DNA from: Candidatus Sulfobium mesophilum
GTDB taxonomy: Bacteria > Nitrospirota > Thermodesulfovibrionia > Thermodesulfovibrionales > UBA6898
NCBI GenBank assembly: GCA_037916395.1
Contig: JBAIXS010000353.1
Coordinates: 1 to 39,747, forward strand
Direction: 5' to 3'
Length of the DNA stretch: 39,747 nt
The notes beneath the pieces were generated by a model. The model worked only from the letters and a program-made list of their open reading frames with translations, did no database searches and was not told the origin of the DNA. Positions 16,344 through 25,997 of this stretch are shown here, piece by piece. The position numbers and the translations under genes are program-made. Within the stretch, counting starts at the first letter, position 1, and each line of letters opens with the position of its first letter.

Positions 16344-16372
16344 TTGACAACCGCGATTGTTTTCCTTATAAC
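16344..16372 (+). promoter_or_regulatory. Sigma70 promoter of the nuo operon
   Basis: TTGACA-N17-TATAAC with an AT-rich UP-like region; a second TATAAT at 16374-16379. Confidence 0.8.
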
Positions 16373-16403
16373 TTATAATCGTATGTTAAAAACTTATGAC
16401 GCA

Positions 16404-16775
16404 ATGCCCGGTTCTTTTATGCCGTCAGATTATTTACCGGTCCTGATATTTTTAATAATCGCAACCGCTTTCGGCCTTGGAGCTCTGTTGCTCGGCGAAC
16501 TTTTCAGAATAAGAAGGCCCTATCCCGAAAAACTCATGCCGTATGAATCGGGAAATCCGCCTGTAGGGGAACCGCGCATGAGGTTCTCGGTCAAGTTTTA
16601 TATTGTCGCGATGTTGTTTGTGGTGTTCGATGTTGAAGCGATCTTTCTTTATCCTTGGGCGGTCGTCTTCGACAAAATAGGTATTTATGCATTTATCGAG
16701 ATGATTATTTTTATTGTAATTCTCCTGGTCGGTTATATATATGCCTGGAAGAAGGAGGCTTTCATTTGGGATTGA
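16404..16775 (+). CDS. nuoA: NADH-quinone oxidoreductase subunit A
   Basis: PYESG, FVVFDVE, FIEM, three TMs. Start uncertain (in-frame ATGs at 16383, 16404, 16419); the track start at 16242 lies upstream of the promoter. Confidence 0.93.
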   Translation: MPGSFMPSDYLPVLIFLIIATAFGLGALLLGELFRIRRPYPEKLMPYESGNPPVGEPRMRFSVKFYIVAMLFVVFDVEAIFLYPWAVVFDKIGIYAFIEMIIFIVILLVGYIYAWKKEAFIWD

Positions 16776-17293
16776 TCACCACGATAGAGACGGCTGCCCT
16801 TATAGAGGTCGAAGAAGGAACAAAAATCATGTCTCCGAATATTATCGTTACATCCCTGGATAAAATTATTAACTGGGGCAGACGATCATCGCTATGGCCT
16901 ATGACGTTCGGTCTTGCCTGTTGCGCCATAGAAATGATGGCCACCTATGCCAGTCATAATGACCTTGACAGGATGGGGATAATTCCAAGAGGATCTCCCA
17001 GACAGTCAGATTTTATGTTCATTGCCGGGACGGTGACAAAGAAGATGTCCCAGGTTGTAAGGAGGGTCTACGACCAGATGCCCGAGCCCAGATACGTCAT
17101 CTCGGTTGGAAGCTGCGCCGACAGCGGTGGCATCTTCAATACTTACAGCACTGTGCAGGGCTGCGACAGCTTTTTGCCGGTGGATGTGTATATCCCAGGT
17201 TGCCCCCCCAGACCTGAGGCCTTTATCGACGGGATAATCAAGCTTCAGGAAAAGATCAAGGCGGAACAATTCCACTGGAGCCGCTGGCGGTAA
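16766..17293 (+). CDS. nuoB: NADH-quinone oxidoreductase subunit B
   Basis: [23 protein letters not shown] (N2 cluster). Start reassigned to TTG at 16766 (AAGGAGG RBS, overlaps nuoA stop). Confidence 0.95.
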   Translation: MGLITTIETAALIEVEEGTKIMSPNIIVTSLDKIINWGRRSSLWPMTFGLACCAIEMMATYASHNDLDRMGIIPRGSPRQSDFMFIAGTVTKKMSQVVRRVYDQMPEPRYVISVGSCADSGGIFNTYSTVQGCDSFLPVDVYIPGCPPRPEAFIDGIIKLQEKIKAEQFHWSRWR

Positions 17294-17390
17294 GATTATC
17301 AGAAAGGTTTGCCCGGAGAGAGTTACTAAATAGTTGGCAGCACATCGCCTGGTCTCAAACTTTAATTGAGGAGTGCGAACTCAGGATGTT

Positions 17391-17924
17391 ATGGAAGCAT
17401 TACTGATTGCCGAAAAATTAAAAGAAAGATTTCCTGAAGAGGTCCTTGATATAAAGGAATTCAGGGGGCAGGTATCAGTTACCCTGAAAAAGGAAAAGAT
17501 AATCGACATCTTAAGGTTCCTCCATGATGATCCCGATCTTTTTTTCGATTACCTGGTCGATGTCTGCGGCGCAGATTACCTGGGGAAAAAAGAAAAGAGG
17601 TTCGAGGTAGTTTACCATCTATACTCAATCAAGCACCGTCATGCCCTGCGGATAAAGGCAGAGGTGGCCGGAGACAATCCATCCATAGATTCAGTTGTGG
17701 CTATTTGGGCGGGCGCAAACTGGCATGAACGGGAAGCCTATGATATGTTCGGAATAGTTTTTAGCGGGCACCCCGACCTAAGGAGAATACTTTTGCCTGA
17801 GGACTGGGAGGGATATCCACTGAGGAAAGATTACCCTTTGCAAGGACCCGAAAAGGAGTGGCCTGGCTTTCTGGATGTCCTTGACAGAGCAAAGAAATAC
17901 AGGGAATTTGAGTGGCACGGATGA
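17391..17924 (+). CDS. nuoC: NADH-quinone oxidoreductase subunit C
   Basis: [34 protein letters not shown]; separate from NuoD. Confidence 0.95.
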   Translation: MEALLIAEKLKERFPEEVLDIKEFRGQVSVTLKKEKIIDILRFLHDDPDLFFDYLVDVCGADYLGKKEKRFEVVYHLYSIKHRHALRIKAEVAGDNPSIDSVVAIWAGANWHEREAYDMFGIVFSGHPDLRRILLPEDWEGYPLRKDYPLQGPEKEWPGFLDVLDRAKKYREFEWHG

Positions 17925-19159
17925 GCGCCGATGAATATAAGACTGGGGATCCAAGCCTGATGGAACAGACAGAACCCCAAGAAAATACTTTCGAGACCAA
18001 AGAGCTTACCATAAGCATGGGCCCTCAGCATCCTGCGACCCACGGTGTTTTAAGGCTTGTGCTGGATCTCGACGGTGAAAATGTAGTCAAGTGTACCCCT
18101 TATGTAGGTTACCTCCACAGGGGTGTTGAAAAACTGGGGGAAAACAGGACATATTTTGCTGCACTCCCCTTGAGCGACCGGCTTGATTACATCTCTTCCA
18201 TGAACAACAACGTTGGCTACGTGAACGCAGTTGAAAAGCTCTTTGGCATCGAAGCGCCTGAAAGGGCCAAGTTCATTAGAACGATGGTAGCCGAGATGGG
18301 CAGGATATCCAGCCATATTATATGGCTGGGGACCCATGTTCTCGACATCGGGGCCACTACCCCCTTTCTGCACGCTATGGCCCAGAGGGAACGTCTCCTG
18401 GACCTGTTTGAGATGCTGTGCGGCGCGAGGCTTACTGTCAGCTATCCCCGGGTTGGCGGCGTGCGCAATGATATTTCGCAGGAGTTTCTCGATGCCCTTT
18501 ATGAATTTGTACTTGAGTTCCCTGCAAATATGGACAACTATGAGACCCTGGTTACTGAAAACAGGATTTGGAAGGACAGGACGGTAGGCATCGGCGTTAT
18601 CTCTGCCCAAGAGGCAATAAACTGGGGTCTGACGGGAGGTACTCTAAGGGGCTCCGGAGTTGATTACGACATAAGGAAATATGCTCCTTATGATGCCTAT
18701 GACAAAGTCGAATTTGACGTGCCGGTGGGCAAGGCAGGCGACTGTTATGACAGATATATAGTCAGAGTAGGCGAGATGAGACAGGCCAACAGAATTATTA
18801 AACAATGCATAGAAAAACTTCCAGCAGGACCTGTTATGGCCGAATCTCCCAAATTGACCCTGCCCCCCAAGGACATGATCCTTAAAGACATGGAACATCT
18901 TATACACCAGTTTATCCTTATCACGAAAGGGCCGTCTATCGCCGAAGGCGAAGTATACGTTGCCACTGAAGTGCCGAAAGGCGAACTGGGCTTTTATTTT
19001 GTGAGCGACGGGACTGGAAAGCCTTACAGAATGAGGGTGAGGGCCCCGTCATTCGTTCATGCCTCTGTGCTTCCGAGGTTGTGCAAGGGAGGGCTCATCG
19101 CAGACGTTATCGCAAATATAGGGACAATAGATATTGTCCTTGGAGAGTGTGACAGGTAA
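17921..19159 (+). CDS. nuoD: NADH-quinone oxidoreductase subunit D
   Basis: [35 protein letters not shown]; ATGA overlap with nuoC. Confidence 0.97.
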   Translation: MSADEYKTGDPSLMEQTEPQENTFETKELTISMGPQHPATHGVLRLVLDLDGENVVKCTPYVGYLHRGVEKLGENRTYFAALPLSDRLDYISSMNNNVGYVNAVEKLFGIEAPERAKFIRTMVAEMGRISSHIIWLGTHVLDIGATTPFLHAMAQRERLLDLFEMLCGARLTVSYPRVGGVRNDISQEFLDALYEFVLEFPANMDNYETLVTENRIWKDRTVGIGVISAQEAINWGLTGGTLRGSGVDYDIRKYAPYDAYDKVEFDVPVGKAGDCYDRYIVRVGEMRQANRIIKQCIEKLPAGPVMAESPKLTLPPKDMILKDMEHLIHQFILITKGPSIAEGEVYVATEVPKGELGFYFVSDGTGKPYRMRVRAPSFVHASVLPRLCKGGLIADVIANIGTIDIVLGECDR

Positions 19160-19164
19160 TCAGG

Positions 19165-19629
19165 ATGTTTAGCGAAGCTGCAAAAAAAGAACTGCAGGAA
19201 ATAAGGCTTAGATACCCCAATGCCAGAGCGGCACTTTTGCCTGCTCTTTATGTTGCGCAGCGGGAGTACGGGTGGTTGTCTCCAGACGCCTATGAGGCGG
19301 TGTCGGATCTGCTTGGCGTGCCGCAGGCGATTGCGCGCGGGGTAGGGTCTTTTTACGCCATGTACAAGCATAAACCGGCCGGCAGGAATATCATACAGCT
19401 TTGCACAAATGTTTCCTGCATGATACTTGGAGCGGAAAGACTCGTTGATTTCCTTAAGAACAAGTACGGCCTCGAACCCGGAGGCACAACCATGGACGAA
19501 AGGTTCTCACTTGTAATCATGGAATGCATCGGCGCCTGCGGTACGGCGCCTGCAATGCTGATTAATGATGATTTTTATGAGAACCTGACCGAAAAATACA
19601 TAGAGGAAATTCTTCAAAGATATAAATAG
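19165..19629 (+). CDS. nuoE: NADH-quinone oxidoreductase subunit E
   Basis: CTNVSC and CIGAC [2Fe-2S] motifs. Confidence 0.96.
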   Translation: MFSEAAKKELQEIRLRYPNARAALLPALYVAQREYGWLSPDAYEAVSDLLGVPQAIARGVGSFYAMYKHKPAGRNIIQLCTNVSCMILGAERLVDFLKNKYGLEPGGTTMDERFSLVIMECIGACGTAPAMLINDDFYENLTEKYIEEILQRYK

Positions 19630-19634
19630 GCGAT

Positions 19635-20897
19635 ATGGAAAAAATACTGCTTAAGAACATCGAGAACCCAAACTCTGCCGATATCAGTGAGTACATCAAA
19701 ACAGGCGGCTATGCAAGCCTGCCCAAGGCGCTCGGCATGGCGCCAAAGGAAGTAACTGAAGAAGTCAAAAAGGCAGGCCTCAGGGGCCGGGGCGGCGCAG
19801 GGTTTCCCGTTGCAATGAAATGGACCTTCGCCTCTGCGGACCCTAAATTCCCCAAATACCTGCTTTGTAATGCAGATGAAGGCGAACCCGGGACATTTAA
19901 AGACAGGCCGATACTTGAGAAAAACCCCCATCTTCTGATTGAAGGGATGGCAATTTCAGGATATGCGCTGAGCGCAGAATATGGCTACATCTACCTAAGA
20001 GGCGAATACCCTGCTGCAAAGCATATATTGGAAAAGGCGATCAGTCAGGCTTACGAAAAAGGTTTCCTCGGAGACAATATTGCAGGCAAAGGCGTGAAAT
20101 TCCACCTTGCGGTGCATCAAGGGGCCGGGGCTTATATATGCGGTGAGGAAACGGCATTAATTGAGTCGCTTGAGGGCGATAAGGGACAGCCGAGGATAAA
20201 GCCGCCTTTCCCCGTGAATGTCGGCGTATTTGCAAAACCTACAGTGGTTAATAATGTCGAGACCCTCTCAAACCTTCCATATCTTATCGGGGTGGGCGGA
20301 GAGGCATATGCCAAGATAGGAAACCCCGAATGTCCCGGACCCAAGATATATTGTGTCTCCGGCCATGTGGAAAAACCAGGGGTGTATGAGCTGCCTATGG
20401 GGACCGTCCTGAGGGATATTATTTATACGCATTGCGGAGGTATCAAGGGGGGCAGGAAATTAAAGGCTGTAATCCCCGGCGGTATTTCAACACCTGTGCT
20501 TCCGCCCGACAAGATAGACTGTCCCATGGATTTCGTCAGCATGCCGAAGCACGGCAGTATGCTTGGCTCCGGCGCAGTGATCGCCATGGACGAAACAGTA
20601 TGCCTGGTAAAGGTCTGCTACAGAGCCCTCAGATTTTTCGAGCACGAGTCCTGCGGTAAATGTACTCCCTGCCGTGAAGGGACCGGGTGGCTGCGGAAAA
20701 TTCTGGGGAGGATAGAGAGCGGAGGAGGTATGGAAGGCGATATTGATCTTCTGTTGTCAATATCCGGGAATATGCTGGGCAAGACTTTTTGTCCTTTGGG
20801 AGACGGGGCGGCCTCAGTCGTGCAGAACTTCATAAAACACTTCAGGCCGGAATTCGAGGACCATATTAGGAGCAAGGCCTGCACAATAGCAGGTTAA
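19635..20897 (+). CDS. nuoF: NADH-quinone oxidoreductase subunit F
   Basis: GRGGAGF, DEGEPGTFKDR, GAGAYICGEE, ESCGKCTPC..FC; canonical 420 aa with no extra ferredoxin domains. Confidence 0.97.
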   Translation: MEKILLKNIENPNSADISEYIKTGGYASLPKALGMAPKEVTEEVKKAGLRGRGGAGFPVAMKWTFASADPKFPKYLLCNADEGEPGTFKDRPILEKNPHLLIEGMAISGYALSAEYGYIYLRGEYPAAKHILEKAISQAYEKGFLGDNIAGKGVKFHLAVHQGAGAYICGEETALIESLEGDKGQPRIKPPFPVNVGVFAKPTVVNNVETLSNLPYLIGVGGEAYAKIGNPECPGPKIYCVSGHVEKPGVYELPMGTVLRDIIYTHCGGIKGGRKLKAVIPGGISTPVLPPDKIDCPMDFVSMPKHGSMLGSGAVIAMDETVCLVKVCYRALRFFEHESCGKCTPCREGTGWLRKILGRIESGGGMEGDIDLLLSISGNMLGKTFCPLGDGAASVVQNFIKHFRPEFEDHIRSKACTIAG

Positions 20898-20907
20898 CGG
20901 ACAACCG

Positions 20908-23490
20908 ATGATAAAGGTAACGATAAACGGTAAAGAGATAAACCTTGAAAAGGCGATGACGGTCCTTGAGGCTGCCAGGTCCGCCGGAATCAAAATTCCT
21001 ACACTTTGTTATCATGAGCAGCTTGAAAAGTACGGAGGCTGCAGGCTGTGCCTCGTTGAGGTGGAAAAGATGCCTCGTCTTCAGACCGCCTGCACGCTGA
21101 TGGTCACCGACGGCATGGTTGTCAGAACAGAGACCGATGCTATCGCAAATGTCAGAAGGAGCGTGCTTGAATTTCTGCTCATCAACCATCCGCTCGATTG
21201 TCCTTATTGCGACAAGGCGGGGGAGTGCGAGCTTCAGGACCTGGTCGAAAAATACGGGGCGAGGGCCGGCAGGTTTACCGAAGAAAAGAGGAAAGTCCCC
21301 GAGAGCCTTGAAGACCCTGTCCTTGTCAGAAACATGGAAAGATGCATCGTCTGTACGCGATGCGTCAGGATGTGCGAGGGCGTTCAGGGAGCGGCGGCAC
21401 TCGCTGTTATTGACAGGGGCGGCCATTCGCACATCGAGCCCTTCTCAGGAGGCAGGTTCGATTGCGAGTACTGCGGCAATTGCGTTTCAGTCTGTCCGGT
21501 AGGCGCTATGATGTCGAGACTCCACAGGCACAGCTACAGGCCGTGGCAGTTGGTGAGCGAGACTGAAACCATATGCCCTTACTGCGGCGTAGGCTGTACG
21601 CTTATTGTGCAAGTCCGTGATGATGTCATTAAAAGGGTAGTCCCCCGGATAGGCACTGCAGTCAACAATGGTCTTCTCTGTTCCCGTGGAAGGTTCGGCT
21701 ATGAATTCGTCGGACACAAGGACAGACTTACCGCGCCGCTGATCAAAAAGGACGGCGTTTTTGAGAAGGCGACCTGGGAAGAGGCCATCAGTCTTGTTGC
21801 AAGAAAGCTTGGAGAGATAAAGGGTACCTTCGGGGGTGCTTCAATAGCGGGGATAGCCTCCCCAAGATGCACTAACGAGGACAACTACGTTTTCCAGAAG
21901 TTCATGAGGGTCACTCTGGGCAGTAACAACATAGACAGTACGGCGCGGACCGGTTATGCGGGCGCGCAGGCTTTCATAGAAAATATCTTCGGGCAGGGGG
22001 CTACCGCAAACCTTATACGCGGGCTCTCGAATTCCGATGCAGTGGTTGTCGCCGGAGGCGATCCCACAGCTATAAATCCTATCTTGGGACTTCAGATAAG
22101 GGCGTGTGCGCGAAAAGGCGGGAATATTCTTACTATAGGCCATATAAAAGGGCTCAGACATTATACGCCAGTTGAACTGCGGCCGTCGGCGCTTTCGGAG
22201 ACGGCCCTGCTGGAAGGAATCTTATCCGCACTGAAGGACAAAAAGGGCCTGCCCGGTTCCAACCGGGTCCTCGAAGAAAAGATCAAGGATATAAATATAT
22301 CATCGTCAGAGGTCACCAGGCTCTGTGGTATTTCAGAAAAGGACTTTGCCTTATTTGTCGATAAGCTTTCCGGGGCGTCCAATGCTTCCGTAGTTATAGG
22401 CAAAGAGATTGTTCAGAGCAGCGGCGGAAGTCACAAACTTCTTCTGTTGGCTGCGATAACATACCTTATAAACGGCAGGGTATATCTGCTTTCGGAGCGT
22501 GCCAATGAACAGGGGCTTCTTGACATGGGATGCGCGCCTGACCTGCTGCCCGGATACAGACCTCTGGGATACGCAGAGTTCAGGAAAAAGTATGAAATTG
22601 CCTGGAAGAGCCCTCTTCCGGAGCAGCCCGGACTCACTATATTTGAAATGATCGGGGCCGCAAAGAGCGGCTCCCTGAAGGCCATTTACATAATGGGTGA
22701 AAACCCGGTCTTTAATCTGCCGAATTCAAAGGAAGTGGAGGAGGCCCTCAAGAAGGTCGATTTCCTGGTTGTGCAGGACATATTCCTTACTGAAAGCGCG
22801 AAGCTGGCAGATGTGGTTCTTCCCGCACTAAGCTGGTCTGAGAAAAATGGCACATATACGAACATGGAACGAAGGATTCAGCGCCTCAGAAAAGCGGTGA
22901 CGCGCGAAGGCATGGAGGACTGGAGAATTGTCTTGGAGATTGCAAAAAATATGGCCTCGAAGATGAACTATGAGGACGCAGAAGATGTTTTCTCGGAGAT
23001 CAGCAGGGTTTCGCCTCTTCACCGTGACCTAAGCTACGATGAAATAGAAAAAGGAACTGCGATTTACCCATATAAGGGGGAGCCTCTTAGAAGCGTGACG
23101 GAAGAGATTCAGACTGAAAAGGGCGGTTCCGTTGAGTCTGCAGGAAAACTCTATCTAAGACTCGATAGGCCGCTGTTTCACTCCGGGACACTTAGCAGGA
23201 AGGCGCAGGCACTTGTGAATATATATGCCGAAGCTGTTGCCAGGATTAGCCCTGTGACTGCCGGCAGGCTTTCGCTGAAAGACGGCGATGTCGTAAAGAT
23301 ATCGTCGGGGATCGGATCTCTGGATCTTCCGATTGCTGTCGATAAGGCTGTTGAGGATTCTGTCTTGATGCTGACGAACAATCTTGAGGGCAAGGGAGCA
23401 TTCAGTCTCATGGAATATTCGATTGATTCTGTTACAAAGGCCCCTGTTATCGACGGAAATGCGGTGACGGTGGAGAAGGTGGGCAGATGA
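20908..23490 (+). CDS. nuoG: NADH-quinone oxidoreductase subunit G (long, FdhA-like form)
   Basis: GGCRLC, HPLDCPYCDKAGEC, two CxxCxxCxxxC motifs, CPYCGVGC (N7); positioned between nuoF and nuoH. Confidence 0.95.
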   Translation: MIKVTINGKEINLEKAMTVLEAARSAGIKIPTLCYHEQLEKYGGCRLCLVEVEKMPRLQTACTLMVTDGMVVRTETDAIANVRRSVLEFLLINHPLDCPYCDKAGECELQDLVEKYGARAGRFTEEKRKVPESLEDPVLVRNMERCIVCTRCVRMCEGVQGAAALAVIDRGGHSHIEPFSGGRFDCEYCGNCVSVCPVGAMMSRLHRHSYRPWQLVSETETICPYCGVGCTLIVQVRDDVIKRVVPRIGTAVNNGLLCSRGRFGYEFVGHKDRLTAPLIKKDGVFEKATWEEAISLVARKLGEIKGTFGGASIAGIASPRCTNEDNYVFQKFMRVTLGSNNIDSTARTGYAGAQAFIENIFGQGATANLIRGLSNSDAVVVAGGDPTAINPILGLQIRACARKGGNILTIGHIKGLRHYTPVELRPSALSETALLEGILSALKDKKGLPGSNRVLEEKIKDINISSSEVTRLCGISEKDFALFVDKLSGASNASVVIGKEIVQSSGGSHKLLLLAAITYLINGRVYLLSERANEQGLLDMGCAPDLLPGYRPLGYAEFRKKYEIAWKSPLPEQPGLTIFEMIGAAKSGSLKAIYIMGENPVFNLPNSKEVEEALKKVDFLVVQDIFLTESAKLADVVLPALSWSEKNGTYTNMERRIQRLRKAVTREGMEDWRIVLEIAKNMASKMNYEDAEDVFSEISRVSPLHRDLSYDEIEKGTAIYPYKGEPLRSVTEEIQTEKGGSVESAGKLYLRLDRPLFHSGTLSRKAQALVNIYAEAVARISPVTAGRLSLKDGDVVKISSGIGSLDLPIAVDKAVEDSVLMLTNNLEGKGAFSLMEYSIDSVTKAPVIDGNAVTVEKVGR

Positions 23491-24542
23491 ACGACATCCT
23501 CAAGACGATAGTCGGGCCGGAACTCCTTGGCGACGCAATGAAGATAATCATTATTCTACTTAAGATCGCTGCTGTCATCGCAGTTGGACTTCTTCACGTA
23601 GCATTTGCGACATATTTTGAGCGCAAGGTCATGGCACATATGCAGGTAAGATTGGGTCCGAGGGAAGTTGGACCATTGGGCCTGTTTCAGCCCTTTGCCG
23701 ATGGAATAAAGCTTTTCTTCAAGGAAGACATAATACCTCAAAATGCGGACAAGCCTTTATTTTATCTGGCACCCGTGATATTTTTTGCATCCGCTCTCAC
23801 ATCCCTTTCCGTGCTGCCATTCTTTGACGGTTTCGTTATAGGAAATATTAATATCGGCCTGCTGTTCCTCTTCGCCATGTCTTCACTCGGAGCTTACGGC
23901 ATTGTTTTATCCGGCTGGTCGTCTAATTCCAAGTATGCTTTCCTGGGAGGGCTTAGGTCTGCGTCGCAGATCATAAGCTACGAAATTTCGATGGGACTTA
24001 GCCTCGTTGGGGTCATGATGATGGCAGGCTCATTTAACCTTTCGGACATCGTAAGGGCACAGCACCACTATCCATTGGGCATATTTGCGGTGCCCCAGCT
24101 GCTCGGCTTTTTCGTCTTTGTGGTTGCTGCCTTTGCGGAGACGAACAGGTTGCCTTTCGACCTTCCTGAGGCTGAGAGCGAACTCGTCGCCGGCTATTTT
24201 ACAGAATACAGCGGCTTCCGGTTTGCAATGTTTTTCCTGGGTGAATATACAGGCATGCTTGTGATGTCGTCTGTAGCTGCCCTCTGTTTTTTGGGCGGCT
24301 GGGCACTTCCGGAATTCGTTACGGCAAACTTGCCCGAATTTGCTGCCAAAGCACTCGGACTTTTCTGTTTCCTTATCAAGGTATACGCCTTTATGTTCCT
24401 TTATTACTGGGTAAGATCTACACTGCCCAGATACCGCTATGACCAACTTATGGCGATAGGATGGAAATTACTGATACCTCTTGCACTTTGCAACATCGTT
24501 ATCACAGGGCTTGCAAAAATGTGGTTTAAGGGATTGCTATGA
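23487..24542 (+). CDS. nuoH: NADH-quinone oxidoreductase subunit H
   Basis: ERKV..MQ.RLGP, DGIKLFFKED, ISYE, NRLPFDLPEAESEL, PRYRYDQ. Confidence 0.97.
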   Translation: MNDILKTIVGPELLGDAMKIIIILLKIAAVIAVGLLHVAFATYFERKVMAHMQVRLGPREVGPLGLFQPFADGIKLFFKEDIIPQNADKPLFYLAPVIFFASALTSLSVLPFFDGFVIGNINIGLLFLFAMSSLGAYGIVLSGWSSNSKYAFLGGLRSASQIISYEISMGLSLVGVMMMAGSFNLSDIVRAQHHYPLGIFAVPQLLGFFVFVVAAFAETNRLPFDLPEAESELVAGYFTEYSGFRFAMFFLGEYTGMLVMSSVAALCFLGGWALPEFVTANLPEFAAKALGLFCFLIKVYAFMFLYYWVRSTLPRYRYDQLMAIGWKLLIPLALCNIVITGLAKMWFKGLL

Positions 24543-25099
24543 CATCTGGAAAATTAATAAGGACAATATTTTTTGTTGAGATTTTAAAGGGTCTTGCCTT
24601 TACCCTGAAAACCATGTTGTTTACGAAGCCCGTGACGAGGAGATACCCGAAGGTTAAAGTGCCGGCACTTCCGGGTTTCAGAGGACTTCATGCCCTTGCC
24701 AAAAACGAAGAAGGCAAGCTGAAGTGTGTCGGCTGCGGCCTCTGCGGGGCCTACTGCCCGTCAAAATGTATACATATCTACACGTCCGAGGGCGACGACC
24801 ATTCGAAGGTTGTCGACAGATACGAAATAGACGTGCTCAGGTGCGTTTTTTGCGGCTTCTGTGTTGAGGCTTGTCCTTTCGGGGCGATTACGCTGAGCGA
24901 GCATTATGAATATGCGAACTATAAGAGAGAAGATTTCTATATGACAAAGGACAGGCTCCTCGGGAATTGGGACAAATATTTTGCGGGGCCGAAAGGTGAA
25001 CGTTATTTCAAAGACTTCTGGCAGCCCAAGTCTGAAAATTTTATAGGAGCACGGGACCAGGCGATGTTCAGTAAAGTGAAAGTGAAGGAGAAGAAGTAG
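24539..25099 (+). CDS. nuoI: NADH-quinone oxidoreductase subunit I
   Basis: CVGCGLCGAYCP and CVFCGFCVEACP. Confidence 0.96.
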   Translation: MTSGKLIRTIFFVEILKGLAFTLKTMLFTKPVTRRYPKVKVPALPGFRGLHALAKNEEGKLKCVGCGLCGAYCPSKCIHIYTSEGDDHSKVVDRYEIDVLRCVFCGFCVEACPFGAITLSEHYEYANYKREDFYMTKDRLLGNWDKYFAGPKGERYFKDFWQPKSENFIGARDQAMFSKVKVKEKK

Positions 25100-25102
25100 A
25101 AA

Positions 25103-25615
25103 ATGCTGCCTAAATTGTTCTTTGGATATTTTGCCGTCGTGATCACTGTCCTTTCTCTCCTTGTGGTGACCAGAAGGAACCCGGTTCACAGCGTCATGTG
25201 GATGCTCCTCATGTTTTTCAACATCGCAAGCATGTACCTTTTTCTCAACGCCGAGTTTATTGCGGCTATACAGGTAATAGTCTACGCCGGGGCCATACTT
25301 GTGCTCTTTTTGTTTGTTGTTCTCCTTCTTAATCTGAGGGAGGAACTTCAGACGAACAGGTTTATAGGGTCCTGGCCCGCCGGGCTCATTATCGCAGCGG
25401 CGTTATTGGCGAGCATCGGCTTTGCCGTAAGCTCCTTTGTGCCGGGCTTCTCCGGCAAATATACAACCGGCTACATACAAAGAGAGACATTTACCAAAGT
25501 ATTAGGACAAGTCCTTTATACGGAATACTTATTCCCATTCGAGATAGCGTCCCTGATTCTGCTGATTTCAATCATAGGAGCGATCGTGCTTGCGAAGAGA
25601 AGGACGAGGAGTTAG
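25103..25615 (+). CDS. nuoJ: NADH-quinone oxidoreductase subunit J
   Basis: NPVHS, AEF, VYAGAILVLFLF, PFEIAS. Confidence 0.96.
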   Translation: MLPKLFFGYFAVVITVLSLLVVTRRNPVHSVMWMLLMFFNIASMYLFLNAEFIAAIQVIVYAGAILVLFLFVVLLLNLREELQTNRFIGSWPAGLIIAAALLASIGFAVSSFVPGFSGKYTTGYIQRETFTKVLGQVLYTEYLFPFEIASLILLISIIGAIVLAKRRTRS

Positions 25616-25618
25616 GAA

Positions 25619-25921
25619 ATGGTGCCCCTGAACTGGTATTTAATGCTCAGCGCCGCAGTATTTACGATTGGCGTCTTCGGCTTCCTGACGCGAAGAAATA
25701 TCATTATCATGTTTATGTCGATAGAACTCATGCTCAACGCTGTCAACATCAGCCTGGTGTCTTTCAGCCATTACCTGAAGGATATGAGAGGCGTGATTCT
25801 GGTATTTTTTATTGTTACCGTTGCTGCGGCTGAGGCTGCGATAGGGCTTGCAATAATAATTGCCCTTTTCAGGAACAAGACCACTGCCAATGTCGACGAA
25901 ATGAACGAGATGAAGGGATGA
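25619..25921 (+). CDS. nuoK: NADH-quinone oxidoreductase subunit K
   Basis: [21 protein letters not shown]. Confidence 0.97.
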   Translation: MVPLNWYLMLSAAVFTIGVFGFLTRRNIIIMFMSIELMLNAVNISLVSFSHYLKDMRGVILVFFIVTVAAAEAAIGLAIIIALFRNKTTANVDEMNEMKG

Positions 25922-25997
25922 TGAAAGCCGCTGGAACCCAGCCACCTTCAATCGTAAGCAGGGGAGGAGTGCTGCCGCCCTTTAAGAGAGGAAAAAT

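Noticed and set aside
17921-19159. Group 4 [NiFe]-hydrogenase large subunit instead of NuoD
   Set aside because: Lacks the two CxxC Ni-binding motifs and keeps the quinone-site His and Tyr (HPATHG, RLDY).
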